Positions 23,453 through 35,256 of a DNA stretch of 64,000 bases are shown in pieces. Within the stretch, counting starts at the first letter, position 1; each line of letters begins with the position of its first letter. A program made the position numbers and the translations under genes. The notes under the pieces were generated by a model. It was not told the origin of the DNA and ran no database searches. It saw only the letters and a program-made list of their open reading frames with translations. The DNA is taken from positions 41,790,001 to 41,854,000 of the forward strand of contig CM052818.1 in NCBI GenBank assembly GCA_028534125.1. The letters are read 5' to 3'. Origin of the DNA: Lama glama. Lineage: Eukaryota.

Positions 23453-25267
23453 TAAAAATTCAGTGCTGTCTTGAATACACGAGGCAGAGCTGCTGCCAAG
23501 AGAGAGGAGAAGCCAAGCGGAGCTTTTTCACAACTCGAACTGCTCCCAGAGGAGAGAGCTCCCTGGGGTCCGGAGAGGAGGTCATCAGGGCCCAGGTGAG
23601 CTCCAATCAGCAGAGCTGCTCAGCCAGGGGAGGACATAGAACCAGAGGATGGGGTGGGGGACGGGGGGCCCTGGCTCCCTGAATCGGTGATTGTCTGTTG
23701 TCCTGCCCCCCTACCCAGGTGGCAGGCAGAGATAAATTAAGGGCAACCAACAATGAAACTTCAACTTTCTAATGAACTTGGTGGAGTATGCCTTCTATTT
23801 TTAACTGGCCCAATTTCTCGGTCATATCACATGACTCCCATTGTCTTGGCTGAGAATTATGAGAAACCGAGAGAGAGAGAGACAGAGAGAGAAAGAGAGG
23901 AAGAAATGGGGCCATATTTTCTAGATCAGGGAGGTGAACTCTCTAGATGAATGCATATTTTCTCTTTAATTTGAAACTTGTCGAGTAACTTCAGAAAAAA
24001 AAAGACTTCTTACTACCTCAGTGCTCAGACGGAACTAAAAGCTACAAAATGACCTCATAGGGTCATATAGAAAGTTCTGAACTAAATAAGAAATTGCCTT
24101 GGAGAATATGTCAATATTCTAATTTCATTTAGTCTCAGAAGCCTCAAAAACTCTTTGGTTTGGAGATGGGGTGGGTTCATCTGGAATTTTTTTACCACTC
24201 ATACAAGATTTCACCTTATGTCAGGTAGTGGAAAGATTACTGCTTTAAGTTTGGAGTTAAATGACACTCAGCCTTTGTCCACCAGTGTGGCTGGGCTTTG
24301 GCAAGTCTTGTCACATAGATATGTACCCCCTATATTTATGCCGTCCCTTTGGTCTCGACGTGACATCTTCCAGAGCAACTGTCAGTGTCTTAAAGGCAAT
24401 ATGTAACTCACAGTTTACTATCCTTAAGAGAAGGGGAGGTGATGGTTTCCCACCTCTTACAAATGAAAGAAAGCCAAAGTGCTTCCCTAAGATTCATGAG
24501 TTTGACAAACCAACCAAACCACCCAGGACTCAAAATTACCCAAATTCAGCACATCCTAGAAATCAGAAGTCTGAATGCCCTTGTCGGGAAGTTGAATATC
24601 TGTTAAGAAACTGTAACTCTGGCATGTTTATCAGGCCCTCGTTCTGGATCCCACTACGTTGAAGCCCATGACTCCCTACCAGTGTGCTGAGGTACGCAGA
24701 GACCCACAGCAGATTCACAGGCGAGGAAAGAGCATTTTACATTTCAGAGCAATTCCTGACATCCACCAGTCACCGCACAAACTGTGAGCTCCAGGTCGTT
24801 CTGTGTTTCACCGTTCGGTCGTGCTACAGTCCGTTCGAGGACACCAAATCCTTGCAGAGCTGGGCTCAGGGGGCTGTCAGCGACAACAAGCAGGTGCAGT
24901 GAGAAAACCAGCGTGGAACCGGAAGTGAAGGTGGTGGCGCCCAGTCAGAGCCCAGGACCTGAGAAGCAGGGACATACCTCACACATCCGCCTCGTCGGCG
25001 TTCTTTAAGGATGAAATAAAAATAGTCCCTTCTCTTTCACTTGGTGGGAATTACTATTTCAAATGGCTCCTAATTTGTGGAGAGATAAATAATTTCTGAG
25101 TTGTTGGCTATAACTACTTAATAAACAGAACCATTAGGTATTTCTTTTGGCCCAGGGGAACCTTGAGCCAAACTGATTTGGGAAACCTCTGGTTTAATTC
25201 TATAACCCTATCAGGTGGTCCCTCGGGTTCTTACTTGCAAAGTTTTATTAGAATGATTATGAGCACC

Positions 25268-25837
25268 GTGGCAGATTTTATTCTCCCCCCAAAACCACAG
25301 TAATATTTATGATCCCACGTGTTTGTCTAGACTGTTGCCTCTCCTCTTATCAAAAGGTCAAGTTTAATTTCCCTTCTCTTTGACCATGAGCCGGCCTCAG
25401 TGACTCGCTTCCAACGAAGGCTACGGAATACAGTGTGTACAAGTGATGCTGTGTGACTTTCAAGGCCGGGTGGAAAAGGCGATGTGACTTCAGCCTGGCC
25501 CTTGAAATGCTCACCCTTGGAACCCAGCCACCATGCTGTGAGGGAGCCCAAGCAGCCCACCACGTGGGGAAGATGAGACGGAGCGGAACCGAGCCCCCCA
25601 GCCGACACAGCCAGCAGCTACTGCGAATCATATGACCAAACGAGCCTTCAGATGATTCCAGCCCCAAACTTTGAATCTGGCAGCGAAGGCCCCAGACATC
25701 ATGGAGCAAAAACAAGTCACTCCCTCTGCTCCCTGTTAGAATTCCTGACCCAGAGATTCAGTGAGCATACTAAATGGTTGTTTTAAGCCTCTGAATTGTG
25801 CGGTACTTTGTTTCACAGCCTTAGATAATCAGAGCAA
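25268..25837 (+). mobile_element. MaLR solo LTR (MLT1H-like)
   Basis: aagtgatgctgtgtgactttcaaggc, cttggaacccagccaccatgctgtgagggagcccaagcagcc, gccttcagatgattccagcccc, ggttgttttaagcc...agataatcagagca. Confidence 0.85.
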
Positions 25838-25840
25838 GTA

Positions 25841-26365
25841 TGATGGGTATCTATGAGCTGCCTGTGCAGCCCAGGAACTGCCACCTCTTCTTTAGAACTC
25901 CCTGCACATACATCCACCCTGTCCACATAGCTGCAGGGAAGAGGCCCCCACACCTGCTTGCACAGGGTGACTCCACCCCTCTGGCCATGGATGATTCCAC
26001 GGGGAGTCATAACCTGACCAAACTGGGCCAATCCATGTCCCGACTCAGGAATTTTGAGTTGAGAGAGACAAACAGAGAGAGACGGATTCTCCTGCTGTGA
26101 CTGGGTCCTGCGTCCTATAAATTCAGCAGCGTTGGGGCAGCCGTCTTCTACGCCACGGAGAGACCGGCAAACGGAGAGAGAGAAAGAAACGGACGGTCAG
26201 GGAAGAGGAGAGGTAACGGAAGGAGAAGGCTGCTCGGGTTTCACAAGGACTGACGTTTCTGGATTCCAATTCCTCCTGAGGCTTGAGAGAGCTACCTCTG
26301 AACCCTCTCTTTAAAATAATTTCCTCTTGTCTTGCTTAAGTTAATTCAAGTTGCTTTCTGCAGCC
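25841..26365 (+). mobile_element. ERVL LTR (LTR16-family)
   Basis: cctgaccaaactgggccaatc...ggaattttgagttg and terminal ttgcttaagttaattcaagttgctttctg resemble LTR16. Confidence 0.65.
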
Positions 26366-27869
26366 TAAGGGGAACTTTTCACATCTCTGTAGCCCTTTCG
26401 AGCCCCCTGAGCCCGTTTACATGCCCGATCTCATAGGATCCTCGCCATAACTCTGTAAGATGTATATTAAAACCTCCGCCATAAAGAAAAAGAAATGGAG
26501 GTCCAGGGGAAGTGTCACAGTCCAAGGTTCACAGGAAGAAGCAGAGATTAAACTAGAAATAGAATCTGTCCTACGTCTCCAGACGCCAGGCCCTGGGAGA
26601 CACTTCCTCTTCCTGCTCTGTACAAGTGGAGACTGATACTTAGTGTGTCCTCAGAAACCAACTGTGTTCACAGCCTTTACCTGTTGCTGGGTGGGACTCG
26701 GATGTTCAGGATTCAAGCCAGTCCTCAGGGAGGCCAGACCTTCAGCCAGTGAAGCAGCGTGCCCAGCACCCAGTAAGCTCAGTCCCCAGGGAGCAACTTG
26801 CCCAGTCCGTCCTGTGGATGCCCCAGACAAGAGACCCCGCAGGCCTGAGCTGGCCAGAGAAGCAGCCCCAAGGAGATGGAGCTAGGAGGCTGAGATCTGG
26901 ACAAGCAGGAGGTGAGGGGGATGGTGTTCTGAAATTGCTTCCAAGGATCTTCCCCTCAGTTTCTTTAAGAAGAAAAAAATCTGAACTTTGCCATCCTCAA
27001 GTCTCACAATTCTCCTGGAGAAAGTTTGCGGGAGAAAGCACCTGGTCCAGCCTCCATCGATGCATAATTCACCCTCCAGGCACAAATCCCCTCTGCAAAA
27101 TCCCAGCGACGCTCAAAGCTCCCGCTCCTGAGCAAGAGGGAAGGGACAGTGGGGGCTGTGGAAAGGGCAGAAGCGCAGAACGATCGTGTCCATATCCTGA
27201 CCCTGCCACGTATTCGCTCTGGTCACTTAGGATTTCTAACCCTCAGCGCCCTCATCTCTCACCTTCAATGGACGTTGTGGAGCTCAGAGCAAAGGTAGAC
27301 GGAGTGCCCGACATCGTCCTGAGACAGCGGATGCTTAATAAAGTCTAACCAACGATCTCATCTGACAGCCCGTCCAACCTCTGTGCAGTGCTAACCGTCA
27401 GAAATGCTTTCTTCTATGTGGATGAGTGAAGTCTGCGTGCCCAGAATGCCCACCACTGACCCAGTCTTGCCCTCCAGAGCGCAGAGGAGGAGGACAGGCG
27501 CTCGGCCTCCAGCAGCCCTTCAGACACCACTGCCTCCTGCCTCCTGCCTCCACTCTCAGACAGTCCCTCCCCTGCTCCCCACCGCGGGATTTCTGAAGCT
27601 GTGCCTGGGGAGACAGCACACATTGAAAGCCTTGTTTGCATGGTAACTCCTCCCTGAGTCGGTTCAGCTGCTTCCGTCAATACAGCCCTCAGATAAGATG
27701 CTGGAACTCAGAATGTTTGGCTCAAGAGCAATCTGCTACAACTGAATCATACGTCCTGCACCCTGTGGGTAACGTCCTCCAAAAGGCAACATCCGCGTTC
27801 CCCAGCCTTCCACACCCGTCCCCGCCACCCCCACCCCGTGCTTGGCCTCACCACTGCACAAACAGAAGC

Positions 27870-28700
27870 TAAAGGGAAAGGTCCAATTATTCCATGGAGA
27901 TTTAGCTACTGTATTGACAAAACTCAGCGTTAATTCCCAGAAAGCATTCAAGCCCCGAGGTGGGGGCGGGGGTGGAGGGAGGGAGGGCTCGCTGGTTAAC
28001 TGGGTGAGAGTCATAGCCGCTTTTCAGCGGAATCTGACCTAGTTTAATGGAATCAGGTCATCTGTGAGCTCTTCATTACCCTCAGACTAAACAGAACCCA
28101 ACAGAGCGGCCAATGTCCCTGGCCTTTCCGAATTCTGCTCATTCGTATTATGACATTTTGATGTTGGGTCTTAATGCGTGTTGACTTAGCGGCTGGGCCC
28201 CTCTAAAGGTAGTAAACAGCCTGGGTGAAGGCAGGAAAGTAAACAAGAGGACTGATTTTAAAAGCACACACACACAAAGGCAGTGCAAATACCCCAGGTC
28301 CCCAGCCTGCATCCTCAGGGAAACCAGCAGACAAAAGGCGTCGCGAACGTCTGTGACTATTATCGCTGACTGATGGATGGAACTCACCTATTATCCTGCC
28401 GGCTTCTCGGATGGAGCTCGCGGTTTCAGCAGATCTTTGGGGCAGGGGGCGGGCTGGGAGGGAAATGAAATTGTCAGTTTCAGGGTGGTATGTTGGATTC
28501 AAGGGCAAATTGCTCCCTGGCAACAACTGTAGAAGACAGAGAGAGTCCCCCCTCTTGAGACTGTCCTGGGGGCTGGTGACGGCTTTATTTCATCTGCTGC
28601 CCGATCTGCATTTTCCTGAAACCAAAACCCTCAGCCAGGGAGGCTGGAATGAGCCGCCTCCTCTCGGTGGATGTTCATTAATTGAATGACTATTTACAGA
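27870..28700. promoter_or_regulatory. Candidate conserved non-coding/enhancer block
   Basis: Repeat-free; GTAAACA at 28212 and 28239, TGTTGAC 28179, several TAAT/ATTA cores, retained CpGs. Confidence 0.3.
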
Positions 28701-29550
28701 AGGAAATGATACGTGTGTGTTCCCTGTCCTTATGAGGAGTGCCACAGACTGTCAACCTCAGAAAGGACAGGATGCTCTATCAGGAATAAACATAACAGAG
28801 GTGGCCCAAGGACTGAGTGTCTGGGGTGTGGTGGTATTTTTAACTCAAGATAAACTTAACGACAGGCACAGACTGGTGTGGGCTGAGAGCCAGGGGAGAC
28901 AGGAAGACATTCCCACATACACTGGATACTCTCTGAAGTCCCTGGTCCTGTGTGAGGTCCCGCATCTCACATGGTGATGAATTTGGTCTGAGTTTGGCTA
29001 ATGGAGCACTGGCTTCTGTCTATTGAGTAATGGTCCACAGAGGGAAAGTCTGATGCTTTCGCCCTCCCTTCTCAAGAAAACATTCCTTGTCAGTTACCTT
29101 AGTTAAGTGCCCTGTCCCTGTTCAGAGGTGCCTGGGGACTTGCAAACGTAGGCTGGGAGAAGTGAAATACTGACTTGCGAGTGACCCTGGGCAAGGGGTG
29201 TCCCCTCTCTGAGCTTTAGTTTTTCCATGTATCCAATGAGGAGGGTCTATCATATAGTTACTAAGGGCTTTCTAGGAAGAGCATTCTGATTTCAGAGTCC
29301 TAAAACCATTTTCTGGCTCAGTCCCTCATGTCACCAGGCTCTTTTTCAGAGCAGGTATACCCTGGTGAAGCTGTCCTCCTGGTCCTCTGGGATCCATCAC
29401 TGATCTCGGCTTCTTTAATCCCAGGCTCTGACGCTGGTCTGCTCACTCCCAGCCCTGCCATTTGACAGTCGTGTTTGGCCTAGACCTATTGTTTCCTTTC
29501 ATGATTATTAAACGTGGTCGAACAGAGCAGAAAATGTTTCCTTCCCAATA

Positions 29551-30268
29551 TTCCAACACTGTTGGTAGGAGTGTAATTTTGTGCAGCCACTATGGAAAAC
29601 AGTATGGAGATTCCTTTAAAAACTAAAATTAGACTTACCATATGCTCTAGCAATCCCACTCCTGGGCATATATAGAGAGAAAACTCCAATTTGAGAAGAT
29701 ACATGCACCCCAGTGTTCATAGCAGCACTGTTTACAATAGCCAAGACAAGGAATTAACCTAAATGTCCATCAACAGATGAATAGATAAAGAAGATACAGT
29801 GGAATACTACTCAATCCTAAAAAAGAATGAAATAATGCCATTTGCAGCAACATGGATGGACCTAGAGATTATCTTACTAAGTGAAGGAAGTCAGACAGAA
29901 AAAGACAAATATCACATGATATCACTTATACGTGGAAGCTAAAAAGATGAGACAAATGAACTTATTTACAACACAGAAACAGACTCACAAACATAGAATA
30001 TAAACTCACGGTCACCAAAGGGGAAAAGGATGGGGAGGGATAAATCAAAAGTCCGGGGTTAGTAGATACAAACAACTGTATATAAAATAGATAAACAGCA
30101 AGGTCCTACAGTATAGCACAGGGAATTACATGCAATAGCTTATAATAATCCATAATGAAAAAGAATATATATATATATATGTATAACTGAATCACTATGC
30201 TGTACACCAGAAATTAACATAATATTGTAAATAAACTATACTTCAATTAAAAAAAAAAAGAAGAAAAG
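29551..30268 (+). mobile_element. 5'-truncated LINE-1 with poly(A) and TSD
   Basis: ORF2 end plus 3' UTR ending aactatacttcaatt-poly(A); TSD aaatgtttccttcccaa (29532-29548) vs aaatgtttccttctcaa (30269-30285). Confidence 0.95.
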
Positions 30269-30757
30269 AAATGTTTCCTTCTCAAAGGCAAGGAACTGAA
30301 AGCTGGTCTATTCTGTGACTCTCCAGAGCCAAGGGGATGGGAGGCCAAGGGGATTGGGTACACCCCTGTGCCTGGCCTGACAACCAGCGTTTGACTCTGC
30401 GGAGAGAAGCAAGATCCTGCCAGCAGAATGATGGCTGAGATTCTGGCTTTAACCCGTGTACTATCTAATCGGGGAAATGGTAGGATCGAGTTTCCTGTTT
30501 TATTGGCATTCGATGATATATATTGAGTGACCATGTCTGCAGTGAGGCAATTGGTTTAAAAGGGGGTTATAAGGATTGACTTGTATTTAAGTGCTTAGAA
30601 TTCCAGAATGGTAATTATCTCGATGTGCATCCTAATTTATAGGAACTCCAGGGAGCTCGACAGCGTATAAATTTGAGCCTGTCTAAGTGAGTCCCTGAAA
30701 GAACATCTCTAATCAGAGAGGCAGAAAAGCCAAAAGAAAACCTAGAGAAGTTTGGTT

Positions 30758-30982
30758 CAGTGGTTCTCAACCATTTAGCCACAGAATCTAGTTTTTGCAG
30801 TAAAAGCTTACCTAAAAACCAAATACATAAAAAAAGATCCAAGTGGAACTGCTCAGGCAGAAGTAGAGTTAGGGCCCAAAGCCCTAACTCCCTTTTCCTA
30901 TTTCAGCCCCTTCCCCAAGCCATCAGGGCCAAGGCCCCATAGAACTCTTGGGGCTCTAAGGAATATAATTTGAAAAGCAATG
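30758..30982. mobile_element. hAT-Charlie MITE (family uncertain)
   Basis: Begins cagtggttctcaacc and ends tttgaaaagcaatg, imperfect Charlie-type terminal inverted repeats. Confidence 0.5.
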
Positions 30983-31489
30983 AACTACTCCAGGCTTCTC
31001 AGTATGTAGATGAGGACACCAAAGTCTAGAAAGACAAAATGACTTGCCAAAATCAGAGAGTAAGTCAGAGATGGAAGAGGAACTACATTTTCACATCCCT
31101 GAGTGATGCTCACTGATCAAGTGCCCAGTTTTTATGGTGCCCCAGCCGATCTTCAGTGTTTACTTTCATTCAAAATCTAATTTAAAACGTGCCTTTTAGT
31201 ACAACTGAAACAACGTTTCAGCCATGATCAGAGGAGAGGCACAACATGGTGGTGGAAAGGCAGCTGATTTGAAGTAGGAGGTGGTACGTTACCTTAGACA
31301 AGCCCTTTTCCTTTCTGGGAACCATCCCCTGCCTCTGTTGAATTAGGGGTGGGACTGGGGATGGGAGACACTAAACCCAGTGACTTTAAGGTTCACACAA
31401 ATTTTACAGCTAAATATTGTGGATTTAGATTTCCCAAAGTCATCTTCTCTCTATTCTCCCATAAATGAATACTTTAAATAATTTTAGCT

Positions 31490-32250
31490 TAGCTAAGATG
31501 GAAAATTCAATAAAAAAGAGTAGAAAATAAAAATGAGGAATCTTCTAGATCTTCTTCAATAGAAAAGATTTGGAAAATAGAACAAAAAAGATGAATTGTC
31601 AGGATCAATCCAGGATCCCTAACATCTGACTTACACTATTTATAGAAAGAGAAAACTTATAGTGTAGAAAATGACTTAAGACATGATTTGCTTTTTTTTA
31701 AACAAAATTTCCTAAGAGGAAAGGACATGAGCTCCAGGATTCAAAAATGAAAAAAAGAATGAAAAAAAATTTTATAGTAAGTTACATCAGTGTAAAGTTC
31801 CAAAACATTGAGATAAGGAAAGATTTAAAAGCTCCCAGGGAAGAAGATCAGAAATCTACCTAAAGGAATGGCATCAGACTTTTCAACAGCAACACAGAAC
31901 ATTAGGAAACAAAGAAGCAGTGCTTTCAATTTCAGGAAGAAAGCAATTTTCAACATAAATCTCTATACCCAGCCAAATTAGCTAAATAATGTGAAAATAT
32001 AATGATTTTTTTAAATGCAAGAACTCAACAATTTTACATCTCATACACCATTTCTTAGGAAGCTAGCCTAAGTTATGCTCCATCAAAACTAGAGATTGAA
32101 CAATTAGAGAGAGAGAGAGAGATACACAGATACATAGATACGTAGATGAGTCGGGGGGTGATAGATAAACAAAACAAACCAGCAAACCTGGAATACAACA
32201 GCCAACATAAAAAGGCAGCAATGATAAGTCATATGTCCCAAACAAAATAG
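31490..32250 (+). mobile_element. HAL1 / old L1 ORF1-like segment, 5' part
   Basis: ggatcaatccaggatccctaacatctgac, gaatggcatcagacttttcaacagcaacac, ctatacccagccaaatta, catttcttaggaagcta are HAL1/L1 ORF1 signatures; A-rich strand bias. Confidence 0.7.
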
Positions 32251-32264
32251 GCTAGGCTTGGATG

Positions 32265-33080
32265 CTGGAGTTTACAATTACAAAGGTTTACTTCTTGCTG
32301 CACGTCCACTGTCCGTTTGTTGTGGCTCTGTTCCATGTTGTCCTTATGGAATAGCAAAGAACAAGATGATGCCATGTTAGATCTGCTCCTTCAGCTCTAA
32401 CCCAGTGCTCTGTTTCCTGGGCTGAGTCACGCTGGTTCTGTACCTTTTGTAAAAAGAATGTTGCCTATACCCTGAAATCTACAGGACAGCCCATTCTCAA
32501 GGCTCTGATCTTTAAGGGTGTAACACTTTTCCATTGATTTAGAGACAAAAAGTTGCACAACAGAGAATAACATTTGTCTCCTTGGAGGTTTTCAGAAACA
32601 TCATGACCTGACCTACGTGGACAGCTGCAAGAACAAAGGATTCCAATACCAAGAAGTCTGCAATAACCAACCACACCTCTTCCCCTTTCTAGTATAAAAG
32701 GAGCCTGAATTATGACTTGGAGAAGGTGGTTCTCCAGAACAATAGTTTGCTATCTTCTCAGTCTGCTGGCTTCCCAAATAATATTGTTATTCCTTGCCCC
32801 AACACCTTGTCTCCCGATTTACTGGCCTGTTGTGCAGTGGGCAGAACAAGTTTGGACTCAGTAACACTCACTCCAGATCTAACCTGATGGAGTATCTTTT
32901 ATCTGAAATGTTGACAGCCATCATGGCAGAGGATAAAAGAAATCATGGCAAACCATAGTCAGGCTCTAAAATTTCTTCTGAGAAGTGATACACACACATG
33001 CCACGCCTACTCACATTTCATTGGCCCAAGCAAGCCACAAGACTAAGCCTGTTATCAATGGGACTTGGAAATATAATGCC
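32265..33080 (-). mobile_element. Old MaLR LTR (MLT1K/L-like) split by an ERV1 LTR
   Basis: caaaggtttacttcttgct...ggctctgttccatgttgtcct resumes after 32866 as cactccagatc...tgatggag...ctcacatttcattggcccaagcaagccaca. Confidence 0.7.
32345..32866 (+). mobile_element. ERV1-class solo LTR
   Basis: ~520 bp interrupting the MLT1; TATA-like tataaaag near 32693, ends tttggactcagtaaca; 5' TG and TSD not crisp. Confidence 0.75.
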
Positions 33081-33289
33081 TATCCAGGAAGGGACAGTGA
33101 CTATGTTCTACCACGCAGTCTCCTACATCCCAGGACAACAGCTGTGGATCAGGCTTCAGGAGCAACCCAGATGGAAGCAGAAGTCAGAGAGCCATGGGAG
33201 GGAGTTCTGCAGGTGGGAAAACGTAACTGATGGATGTAAGCACTTGGGGAAAAAAAAAAAAACTCTTTCTAGAACTTAAAAGATTTTTT

Positions 33290-33830
33290 AAAATGAAGAG
33301 TATGCACAGAGTCCTATGTCAAGAATTATTAACTCCAGAAGAAACCAAAATACTGTATTTTTTAAAAAAGGAAATATTCTTGTCTTTTAAGTGAAAAATA
33401 TTTTCATAGTAAAAGTATAAATCCTGACTACTGATTTAACTACAAATTGAGAAGTAATTATATTGGGAGAATGGGAAGAGAGGAAGTGACGGAGGTAGTT
33501 ATAAGAAGCTTAAATCCTCAAGACAACCAAAGTAACCTGAAGATTGAAGATACTCTTTCCTGGATTCTGATTCTGTAATACCTTGTGCTCCATCAGGAAT
33601 GAGTAACACACCGTAACCAACTAGAGGTGCACTGGCAGTCAATATGACTAATGCCCAGCATTAATAAATTTAAAAATACCAATACAAGCATGTAGAAAAA
33701 TGGAAATAAATCACATAAAAACCAACTTAAAGTGCTGAAACCAGTTGCCTTTAAGGAACAAAGTCAGGAGGTAATGGAATAGAGCAGGGGATTTCTGTTG
33801 TTGCTGCTAAAACAATGTCCATTTTACTTT
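33290..33830 (+). mobile_element. HAL1 3' part
   Basis: aattattaactccagaaga, tactgatttaactacaaatt, tatattgggagaatgg, aagcttaaatcctca, agttgcctttaagga continue the HAL1 consensus as I recall it. Confidence 0.6.
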
Positions 33831-33862
33831 AACAAAAATACGAATAAAATACAAATGTGTGT

Positions 33863-33898
33863 TGTGTATGTGTGTATATATATATACACACATACACA
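33863..33898. repeat. Perfect 36-bp palindromic compound microsatellite
   Basis: tgtgtatgtgtgtatata|tatatacacacatacaca; the halves are exact reverse complements. Confidence 0.95.
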
Positions 33899-35169
33899 CA
33901 CATACATACATGGCAGGCAATTTCTGGTTCACTTTTGGAAGTCAGCAGGGTATAGATCATAAATAAATAATAAAATACTTACATTTAAATGATTAATTTT
34001 CAAGGCATCCAGACATAATAAATTGAACCTGACATTATAACCATCCTAGCGGTAATGCAAGCTTTCTTTGATGATTCAGAAGGGACTTTAAGGACCCGGC
34101 AATGACCTGAGGTCATTTCTCTGGACATCCTTCCTCATTCTTTCCTAATTTGTTAGTCTTGTAGGAATTGACTTCATGTTGGTCATTTAAAAATCTCAAA
34201 GAATCTTTCTCTTTGGTAAACGCAGACCCCCTCCAGAGGTTCAATTAATGATGCTGGGAAAGTCCACAGCTTTCCCTTTGCTCCTCAGCTGACTGGGAAG
34301 AGCTGAGGGCTTCTGGCTCGGTCAGAGAGCCAAGCTTTGCAAACCAAGATGCGGAGACCCAGCTGAGAGGAGACATCCTCGTGTCCTCCGAGACAGAAAG
34401 CATCAAATTAACGGAAGCCACTCTGGGGAATCTGGAAACTATGGGTCCATCATGCCCAAATATCACCATGTGGGACGTATAACCAACCTCTCTGAGCTAG
34501 AAATTTCTCTGGGATTGTTTTGCTTGCCCTCAAAAGGTTGGGCTGATAGGCATGTCTTGAAACAGATTTTACTTGAGAGTTAAAAAAAAAAAACAAAAAC
34601 AAAAACAACCAGTCTTTCAGGTAAGTTCATTCTGTGATATATCCATATGAAAATATCATATATAAATATTAAAAATCACATTTAGAGAAAAATTCCTAGT
34701 GTCATGTAAAATATTTATAATGTTATGATTAAAAAGCAGAAACTGATATATAATCTATAAATTGAATATGTATATATGTGTGTGTGTGTTGCATGTTAAT
34801 GGTACATATGTCTGGATGGTGAGACTGACCGATTTTTAGTGAATTTTATGAAAATCAAGTACCATTTAAATAGAAATTTAAAAGAATCATGAAATCACTA
34901 TAGACGGACAAGCAGGTGGGAGATCCAGAATTTCGTCCTGGTTCACCAACCAATCAACTGGACCACAACTGAGCAAATGTATTCACCTCTTGGGCCTCAG
35001 TTTCCCCATATGTGTAATGAAGCAATTGAATAAGAAAAGTGATGTCCACTTCTTCACAAAGCCAGACCCCAGTACCCGGGGGCTTCACATCCTCCATACC
35101 AGCTCTATCCTTTTAGCTAAGCATGCAGTTACGTAATCTCTAGTCACTACTGGTCATATTTTTATGTGA

Positions 35170-35256
35170 TTTTTTTTTAATGGAGATACTGAGAACTGAA
35201 CCCAGGACCTTGTGCATGCTAAGCATGCGCTCTTACCACTGAGCTATGCCCACCCC
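35170..35256 (-). mobile_element. tRNA-Ala-derived camelid SINE, short form
   Basis: Poly(T), then tggagatactgagaactgaacccaggaccttgtgcatgctaagcatgcgctcttaccactgagctat, the reverse complement of the SINE head. Confidence 0.9.

Noticed and set aside
24050..24065. TGACCT-cata-GGGTCA everted repeat
   Set aside because: Likely derives from the MIR consensus acctcatagggt.
33500..33660. ~50-codon stop-free minus-strand frame in a segment interrupting HAL1
   Set aside because: No ATG and no recognisable protein, poly(A) or TSD; cannot support a retrocopy.
34615..34626. Consensus splice donor CAG|GTAAGT (also AAG|GTAAGT near 44023)
   Set aside because: No convincing upstream acceptor or coding frame; such motifs occur by chance. 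A lncRNA exon cannot be excluded without RNA data.
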